Positions 50,806 to 57,402 of a stretch of DNA of 57,402 nt are shown here, in pieces. The position numbers and the translations under genes are program-made. How positions within the stretch are numbered: the stretch's first letter is position 1; every line of letters begins with the position of its first letter. A model generated the notes under the pieces. That model searched no databases. It was not told the origin of the DNA and saw only the letters and a program-made list of their open reading frames with translations. The DNA lies in the IMG/VR virus record IMGVR_UViG_3300046170_000427, positions 1 through 57,402 of that record, one strand, 5' to 3'. Source of the DNA: a virus. Its lineage: Duplodnaviria > Caudoviricetes.

Positions 50806-52647
50806 ATGAAAAAATGTCCTGCAGGGCAGTATTACTGTTTTACCGATAAAAAATGTAAGAAGATTCCCATGGGATACCATGTGGGTGGAAGAGGTATGCT
50901 TGAAAAAGATACCGAAGAAAGTGAAGCAAAGAAAAACGGTAATGGCATCAGTAATGGAAACGGTAATGGAAACGGTAATGGTGCTAACGGCGGTAACGGC
51001 GGTGGTAATGGTGGTGGCATGGGAGAACAAGTAGTCCATGAAGGCACTCTTCGCAAATGGTTTAAAGGTTCTAAATCTAAAGATGGTAAAGGTGGATGGG
51101 TGAATGTTGTTACTGGCGGAACGTGCGCCAGTGATAAACCAGGTGAAGGAACTCCAAAATGTGTTTCTTCTGCAAAGAGAGCAAGCATGACTAAGGCAGA
51201 AAGACTTTCTGCTGCTAGAAGAAAGAAAAAAGCAGATCCTGGACAACAACAAAAATCAGGAGCTGCAAAACCAACATATGTTAAAACTGATAGTCCTAGG
51301 GAAGAGATGAACAACGACAATCTTAAACTCATCCAAGAAAAGGACAAAAAAGGAAAGGGTAGCGGTACAAAAGATGCCTGTTACCATAAAGTTAAATCTC
51401 GCTACAGCGTTTGGCCAAGTGCATATGCGTCAGGAGCACTTGTCAAATGCCGTAAAGTAGGTGCAGCAAACTGGGGTAATAAGTCTGAAGGACTTTCCTG
51501 GGATGAACTTACTGAAAAATTTAGAACACAATATGGTGATAAGACTAAACTGTCACAATCATCAGAACGTAAATCTCTTGGAAGAAAATCCTCTACCAAA
51601 GATGGATCAAAACCAACAGGTTATGAATCTCCCAAAGAGTTTCGCGATAAATCAATGCCATTAAGAAAGCATCGCGAAAGATTTGGTAATCTTGCAGATA
51701 ATTACAATTTTTCTAATTGGAGATCCCAGTTTAAACCAACTGAACATGAAACTGTTGATTTAATTACTCCAGATCCATTAAAACCATCTAAAGGTATTGG
51801 AAGTGAAATGCTAGGCGAGAAATGCTGGCCTGGTTATGAAAAGAAAGGTATGAAGACTATGTTTGGAAAGAGATATCCAAACTGTGTCAAAAAGAAAACA
51901 ACCAGAAAGGAGCAGGTTGAGGAAGCTACGAGACTCCCCGCTACTACTGGTAATATTATTGATGTAAATCTTGTCTTTAGAGGCAGATCTTATATGCTTA
52001 AGATGTTCTTCCCCAAGGTTGGCATCCCCAGCAGATCTGATGTTATGGATCAGATAGAAAAAGTATATCCTGGCGCAAAATTAACGTTTTTCAGAGTCTC
52101 AGACTATGAACCAGGACAACCAATCATCAAAGTCACAGAACATAGAGAACGAGAAGAAGAAGTCGGAGCAATTAATGAAACTGCTTCAACTGACTCAGCA
52201 GCACCAGGAGAATTCACTGAGGAAACCGAGGGGACATTAAATGAGGTGGAAGCATCTCTTTCTCCTCAAGAGATTGCCCTTCAAAAAAAGAAGGGACAAA
52301 TAGATATGCAAATTATCAAGAAAAGAAATCAGGCATTGAGAAAACATGCTGATAAAATGAAAAAAGATGAAGTAGCAAAAGAGGAAGCAATTCTAGAAAA
52401 ATCTGCTGCTTGGACAAGAAAAGCAGGTAAGAATAAAGAAGGTGGACTTAATGAAAAAGGACGCAAGTCTTATGAAAGAGAGAATCCAGGTTCTGATCTG
52501 AAATCTCCTTCTAAAAAAGTTGGTAACAAAAGAAGAGCATCATTCTGTGCAAGAATGAAAGGAATGAAGAAGAAACTTACTTCTTCCAAAACTGCTAACG
52601 ATCCTGATAGCAGAATCAATAAGTCACTTAGAGCATGGAATTGCTGA
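50806..52647 (+). CDS. modular basic Cys/Trp-containing protein (C-terminal DUF6321-like module), putative head-internal polyprotein, 613 aa
   Basis: ATG 50806 (MKKCPAGQYYC) preferred over TTG 50797. Lys/Arg-rich modules are separated by Glu-ending linkers, and the C-terminus is GGLNEKGRKSY...RRASFCARM...SRINKSLRAWNC. Confidence 0.8.
   Translation: MKKCPAGQYYCFTDKKCKKIPMGYHVGGRGMLEKDTEESEAKKNGNGISNGNGNGNGNGANGGNGGGNGGGMGEQVVHEGTLRKWFKGSKSKDGKGGWVNVVTGGTCASDKPGEGTPKCVSSAKRASMTKAERLSAARRKKKADPGQQQKSGAAKPTYVKTDSPREEMNNDNLKLIQEKDKKGKGSGTKDACYHKVKSRYSVWPSAYASGALVKCRKVGAANWGNKSEGLSWDELTEKFRTQYGDKTKLSQSSERKSLGRKSSTKDGSKPTGYESPKEFRDKSMPLRKHRERFGNLADNYNFSNWRSQFKPTEHETVDLITPDPLKPSKGIGSEMLGEKCWPGYEKKGMKTMFGKRYPNCVKKKTTRKEQVEEATRLPATTGNIIDVNLVFRGRSYMLKMFFPKVGIPSRSDVMDQIEKVYPGAKLTFFRVSDYEPGQPIIKVTEHREREEEVGAINETASTDSAAPGEFTEETEGTLNEVEASLSPQEIALQKKKGQIDMQIIKKRNQALRKHADKMKKDEVAKEEAILEKSAAWTRKAGKNKEGGLNEKGRKSYERENPGSDLKSPSKKVGNKRRASFCARMKGMKKKLTSSKTANDPDSRINKSLRAWNC
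50935..51018 (+). repeat. coding Gly-Asn low-complexity repeat
   Basis: AAYGGN hexamer iterations encoding NGNGISNGNGNGNGNGANGGNGGGNGGG. Confidence 0.85.
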
Positions 52648-52648
52648 T

Positions 52649-52942
52649 ATGAATGTAGTAAAAATTTTAGGTGAATCAACCACCATCAATGCAGGAACGG
52701 GATCTTCTGTTCCTGCATCAGTTAATAGCAGTATAGGTTCTGCAGTGGGTGCAGAATATGTTTTACTCCAACATAGTCACTCATCTGATCGTCTGGTAGA
52801 AATCAGAACAGGTGCTGGAGTGACATATGGAAGTATTCATATGGCAGGCAAAGATCCTATCATAATTCATAAAGATAGAAGTGATTTATTATATTCAAGT
52901 GCATCAGATGTATACGCAACATCGGTAGTTTATCAGGGATAA
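52649..52942 (+). CDS. hypothetical small protein, 97 aa
   Basis: ORF track. Tightly packed between the modular protein and gp17, with a beta-rich pattern. Confidence 0.75.
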   Translation: MNVVKILGESTTINAGTGSSVPASVNSSIGSAVGAEYVLLQHSHSSDRLVEIRTGAGVTYGSIHMAGKDPIIIHKDRSDLLYSSASDVYATSVVYQG

Positions 52943-52951
52943 TTTTTTGGT

Positions 52952-54610
52952 ATGAGTGATAATGTATATCTTGGCAATCCTAATCTAAAAAAAGCAAATA
53001 CGCCGATTGAGTTTACTGAAGAACAAATCATTGAGTTTGTTCAATGTCAACGAGATCCGGTTTATTTCGCTAATAAGTATGTAAAAATTGTTAGTTTGGA
53101 TGAAGGACTTGTATCATTCAGTCCATATCGCTTTCAAGAAAAGTTAATCAACAACTTTCATGAGAATAGATTTAACATCTGTAAGATGCCGCGACAGACT
53201 GGCAAAAGTACTACAGTTGTCTCTTATCTTCTTCACTATGCGATTTTCAATGACAGTGTTAACATTGGCATACTTGCTAACAAAGCAGCAACAGCTAGGG
53301 AACTTTTAGGCAGATTACAAACTGCATATGAGAATCTACCTAAATGGATGCAGCAGGGTATAATGGTATGGAACAAAGGTTCTTTGGAGTTAGAGAATGG
53401 CAGTAAGATATTGGCAGCTTCTACGTCTGCGAGTGCTGTCCGAGGTATGTCATTTAACATCCTCTTTCTCGACGAGTTCGCGTTTGTCCCAAATCACATT
53501 GCTGACTCGTTCTTTGCATCTGTTTATCCTACTATTACTTCTGGTAAAAACACCAAAGTAATTATCGTATCTACCCCACATGGTATGAATCACTTCTACC
53601 GTATGTGGAGTGATGCCGAAAAAGGAAAGAATGAATATATTCCAACTGATGTTCACTGGAGTGAAGTTCCAGGAAGAGATGATGCATGGAAAGAACAAAC
53701 CATTGCAAACACTTCAGAGCAACAATTTAAGATTGAGTTTGAGTGTGAGTTCTTAGGATCGATTGACACATTAATCGCTGCAAGTAAATTAAAATCTCTA
53801 GTATATGATAATCCTCTAAAATCAAATGCAGGATTAGATGTATATGAAGAACCACAGAAAAATCATGATTATTTAATTACAGTTGATGTAGCAAGAGGTG
53901 TGGGTGAAGATTATTCTGCATTTATATGTGCTGATATTACATCTTTCCCACATAAAATAGTCGCAAAGTATAAAAATAATGATATCAAACCGATGTTATT
54001 TCCTAACATCATATATGAAGTAGCAAAAAATTATAATAGTGCATATATTCTTTGTGAAGTAAATGATGTTGGTGATCAGGTAGCATCACTACTTCACTAT
54101 GATCTTGAATATCAGAATGTTTTGATGTGCTCTATGAGAGGTAGAGCAGGACAAGTAGTTGGACAAGGTTTCTCCGGTAAGAAAACTCAATTGGGAGTTA
54201 AGATGTCCAAGACTGTCAAGAAAGTTGGAGCACTCAATCTCAAGACAATGATTGAAGAGAATAAACTTCTTTTCAATGACTTAGATATTATATCAGAACT
54301 TACCACATTTATTTCAAAGAACAATTCATTTGAAGCAGAAGATGGTTGTCATGATGACTTAGCAATGTGTCTTGTCATTTATGCATGGTTAGTTGCTCAA
54401 GACTATTTTAAAGAACTCACCGATCAGGATATTAGAAAACGACTTTACGAAGAGCAGAAAAATCAAATCGAACAAGACATGGCACCCTTTGGATTCATGG
54501 ATGACGGACTTGGTGAAGAAAGTTTTACAGATGACGAAGGTGAAAGATGGTTTAATACATCTGAATATGGAGAAACTGCTGGTGGTATGGATTATATGTG
54601 GAAGTACTAA
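52952..54610 (+). CDS. gp17: terminase large subunit gp17
   Basis: YLGNPNLKKA start, Walker A KMPRQTGKST, Walker B ILFLDEFAF, coupling motif VSTPHG, nuclease ITVDVARG and HDDLAM. Confidence 0.97.
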   Translation: MSDNVYLGNPNLKKANTPIEFTEEQIIEFVQCQRDPVYFANKYVKIVSLDEGLVSFSPYRFQEKLINNFHENRFNICKMPRQTGKSTTVVSYLLHYAIFNDSVNIGILANKAATARELLGRLQTAYENLPKWMQQGIMVWNKGSLELENGSKILAASTSASAVRGMSFNILFLDEFAFVPNHIADSFFASVYPTITSGKNTKVIIVSTPHGMNHFYRMWSDAEKGKNEYIPTDVHWSEVPGRDDAWKEQTIANTSEQQFKIEFECEFLGSIDTLIAASKLKSLVYDNPLKSNAGLDVYEEPQKNHDYLITVDVARGVGEDYSAFICADITSFPHKIVAKYKNNDIKPMLFPNIIYEVAKNYNSAYILCEVNDVGDQVASLLHYDLEYQNVLMCSMRGRAGQVVGQGFSGKKTQLGVKMSKTVKKVGALNLKTMIEENKLLFNDLDIISELTTFISKNNSFEAEDGCHDDLAMCLVIYAWLVAQDYFKELTDQDIRKRLYEEQKNQIEQDMAPFGFMDDGLGEESFTDDEGERWFNTSEYGETAGGMDYMWKY

Positions 54611-54846
54611 TGATTAAATTTTTAAACTTATTGAGCAATATTAGTGATCCAAATTGGTGGGCAGAAGTTATTGGTAAAAAATCTGGTTTATATACTTTAC
54701 CAAATAAATTTAAAGAATGGAAGTTAAAGCAACCATTATGGAAACAAACTTTTATCGAGGTGTTAATATTCACACTTTTAGCATTAGCATTTGAACCGGT
54801 GTTGAATATGTTAGGTTATTCAATGCTTCCTTGGAGATGGTTCTAA
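54610..54846 (+). CDS. small membrane protein, 78 aa
   Basis: ATG 54610 is TAATG-coupled to the gp17 stop. Hydrophobic FIEVLIFTLLALAF segment, Trp-rich. Confidence 0.7.
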   Translation: MIKFLNLLSNISDPNWWAEVIGKKSGLYTLPNKFKEWKLKQPLWKQTFIEVLIFTLLALAFEPVLNMLGYSMLPWRWF

Positions 54847-55076
54847 TGGATTTAGATAAGCAGATAAAATTAGGACATCTGCTTCTAAATGATAGGAAGT
54901 GTAGAGTGTGTGGTGAGACTAAAAACCTTATAGAAGGATTTTATAGGACGAGAAAAGATAGAGGAGCAGTTGCATCATCATACTCTTATGAATGCAAAGA
55001 ATGTACAATTAAAAGGATTGTAGATAAAAGAAAGGAACAAACACCATTTATTGATTGGAACTATCCAGATTGGTAG
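54846..55076 (+). CDS. small Zn-finger protein (CxxC...CxxC), 76 aa
   Basis: ATG 54846 is TAATG-coupled. RKCRVCGETK...FYRTRK...YSYECKEC, terminal WNYPDW. Confidence 0.85.
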   Translation: MDLDKQIKLGHLLLNDRKCRVCGETKNLIEGFYRTRKDRGAVASSYSYECKECTIKRIVDKRKEQTPFIDWNYPDW

Positions 55077-55113
55077 TTCACGTCACGTTTCCCCGCTGAA
55101 AATACTCTAAATT

Positions 55114-55120
55114 CTAAATA
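55114..55120 (+). promoter_or_regulatory. late promoter CTAAATA (gp18-gp19)
   Basis: Intergenic, with GGAG RBS at 55143-55146 before ATG 55153. Confidence 0.7.
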
Positions 55121-55152
55121 TTCTTAGATAAACTGAGACAACGGAGAAAAAC

Positions 55153-57358
55153 ATGGCGACTCCTCAATTATCTCCTGGGATACTTGTAAGGGAGGTTGAT
55201 GTAACTGTAGGAAGAAGCTGATAATCTTCTTCAGAACAATGGCGCGATTGCCGGCCCCTTTAGTCTGGGCCCTGTTTCTGAAGCGATTGATATTACTACA
55301 GAAGCAGAACTGATCGAAGTATTCGGACAACCTATCTCAACAGATAGACATTATGAATACTGGATGACTGCTTCATCTTTCCTCTCATATGGCGGAAGAT
55401 TAAAAGTCGTCAGAGTTGATGGTGCAAACCTTAACAACGCCAATGCTGGTGTAGGAATTGCTTCCACATCTCTTAAAGTCAAGAACTTCGATGACTATAA
55501 CGCAAATTATAATTCTGCAACAGATTTCTACTATTCTGCAAAGAATCCTGGAAATTATCTCAACGAATTAAAAGTTGCTACAATTGATGACTTTGGCGAT
55601 CAAGTCATTGGTATTACAACTAATGATCCGGGATTATCCAACTTCACGGTTGGTTTTGGTGTTACCATGGCACTATCAGGAACGGAGGCAGGTGTAGGTA
55701 CAACTAAAGCTGTTGATGGATTCTTAAAAGGAATTATTACTGGAGTAACAACTGACTCAACTAACAGTGCAAGTAACATTGTTGTTAAGGTTGTATCAAG
55801 AGTATCTGGTGTAGGAACTGAAACTGCTATTGATTATGTTCAGTCAGATCCATTAAGATCTTTCCAGAGTGGATCCACAATTATTCCCGTAAACAACTCA
55901 GGAATTAACACTGGTAAAGGAATTGGAGTATTTGCTGGTGCTGCGGGCACTGTAACTGATTGGTATGATGGACAGACATTAGGACTATCCAATTCAACCA
56001 TCTTCTGGAAAGAGATCGCTCCTAAACCCGTTTCTAGTAAGTATGTTACCGATAGAAGTGGTAAAGGTGATGGAATGCACGTTGTTGTCGTAGATGATAC
56101 TGGTTCTGTAACTGGAATTAAAGGAAATATTCTTGAAAAGAATACTTTCATGTCTAAAGCACTTGATACCGTATCTGCTTTAGCATCACCAGAAAGAACT
56201 TACTATAAGGATTATCTCGCACAAGGTTCTAAGTATCTATATGCGGGTGGAAATGTTTCCTCTGCTGAAGATAGTTTCCATGGAACAAAACCAGTTGCAA
56301 CTGGATTCTCTGCTTCCTTTACTCCTTTTACAACAGCACAAGGACTATTTGGACAAGATGCTCAAGGTGTGACATTCAGTGCTATTGGTAATAAAACTTA
56401 CACACTTATAAATGGTAAGGGACTATAGCGGAACTGACAACGCTGGCATGTCTGCCTCTCTTGGATCTGTTGCTGATGGATATGATTTGTTTGCCAATAA
56501 GGACGAAATTGAAGTTGACTTCTTACTGATGGGGCGCCTGGATGCACAACTGAAGCAGAATCTCAAGCAAAAGCAAACAAACTGATTTCTATTGCTAATG
56601 AGAGGAAAGATTGTATTGCTTGCATCTCACCTCACAGAAATAATGTTGTAGATGTTTCTTCTACTACAGATCAAACTAACAATGTTGTTAAGTTCTTCAG
56701 TTCACTATCTTCTTCTTCATTCGCCTTCTTTGATAGTGGATATAAGTACACTTATGATAGATTTAACAATCAATTCCGTTATATCCCAACAAATGGTGAT
56801 ATTGCAGGACTGATGGTTAGAACTGAAATTGATCAGTTCCCCTGGTATTCTCCTGCAGGACAACAAAGAGGTGTTCTCAATAATGCAATTAAACTTGCAT
56901 TTAACCCTAATAAGTCACAAAGAGATTCTCTGTATGAAGCAAGAGTTAACTCTATTGTAACATTACCTGGCACTGGAACCGTTCTTTTTGGAGATAAAAC
57001 CGGATTAGGTTTTGCATCTGCCTTCGACAGAATTAATGTTCGTCGCTTATTCCTTACAGTAGAAAAAGCACTGGAAGGACTTGCGAACGATCAATTATTT
57101 GAGTTTAATGATGAAAACACAAGATCTTCATTCACTAATGCTGTAGAACCTTATCTTCGCGATGTTCAAGCAAAGAGAGGACTATATGACTTCCGCGTCA
57201 TTTGTGATTCCTCTAATAACACTCCTGACATTGTTGACAACAATGAATTCAGAGCAGACATCTTCTTGAAACCCACCAAAACTATTAACTATGTTACCTT
57301 GACGTTCGTTGCTACACGAACAGGTGTTTCTTTTGAAGAAGTAACTGGTAGAGTTTGA
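55153..57358 (+). CDS. gp18: tail sheath protein gp18 (~733 aa after correcting three indel sites)
   Basis: MATPQLSPGILVREVD start. Removing one A at 55215-55216, one G at 56419-56421 and two bases at 56531-56537 joins the frames. PWYSPAG, FDRINVRRLF and FRADIFLKP...INYVTLTFVATRTGVSFEE motifs. Confidence 0.93.
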
Positions 57359-57392
57359 TTTAATAATAAACTAATTACGGAGGAATCAACTA

Positions 57393-57402
57393 ATGTCAAG
57401 TT
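57393..57402 (+). CDS. probable start of tail tube protein gp19 (truncated by window end)
   Basis: GGAGGA 57379-57384 then ATG 57393. Identity is inferred only from T4-like synteny. Confidence 0.45.

Noticed and set aside
52952-54610. Intein or intron in the terminase large subunit
   Set aside because: It is a continuous 552-aa ORF with normal motif spacing and no splicing motifs.
6685-56537. Frameshifts in gp7 (6685, ~9032/9053, 10323, 15912), gp15 (30782), gp16 (31357-31365) and gp18 (55215, 56419, 56531) as programmed frameshifting or pseudogenes
   Set aside because: They hit several essential genes, are mostly one extra base in a short run, share no slippery motif, and the flanking protein sequence is undecayed. 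Sequencing or assembly error is far more likely. Read-level data would settle it.
1-57402. tRNA/rRNA genes, integrase, transposase, or photosynthesis genes such as psbA or hli
   Set aside because: None were recognised. Intergenic gaps are short and show no cloverleaf or T-loop signature by eye, although tRNAscan/Infernal could not be run.

Overview
This window is a fragment of a T4-like marine cyanophage (Kyanoviridae-type myovirus) genome, with essentially all genes on the + strand. It starts with the end of a sigma70-promoter-driven cluster of small ORFs and a structured non-coding segment (1-1500). Next come a GT-A glycosyltransferase-like gene and an AT-rich 2OG-Fe(II) oxygenase. The late virion module follows: gp25, gp6, a giant ~4,070-aa gp7-like wedge protein, gp8, a VrlC/DUF4815-like protein, gp13, gp14, gp15 and gp16. 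A ~21-kb island between gp16 and gp17 holds tail fibre/spike genes, a subtilisin-like S8 protease and a modular basic protein. The window ends with gp17, gp18 and the probable start of gp19. gp7, gp15, gp16 and gp18 are split, and two genes at 35283-36836 are fused, by 1-2 nt indels mostly in short base runs, which are most likely sequencing errors. TAAATA late promoters precede most late genes. Four real-looking ORFs under 60 aa are missing from the ORF track. The most interesting signals are: (i) a short G-[IV]-x-[ST] motif that saturates unrelated virion-surface proteins, a candidate glycosylation sequon, in a genome with its own glycosyltransferase; (ii) an unannotated 58-aa NblA-like ORF before gp13; (iii) a putative prohead-protease-cleaved polyprotein; (iv) an S8 protease cassette bracketed by a 144-bp in-frame direct repeat shared by two S74-type fibres; (v) structured or switch-like 5' leaders on fibre genes; (vi) a candidate origin/packaging element at 770-1030. 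All family assignments come from motif recognition by eye. No searches were run.
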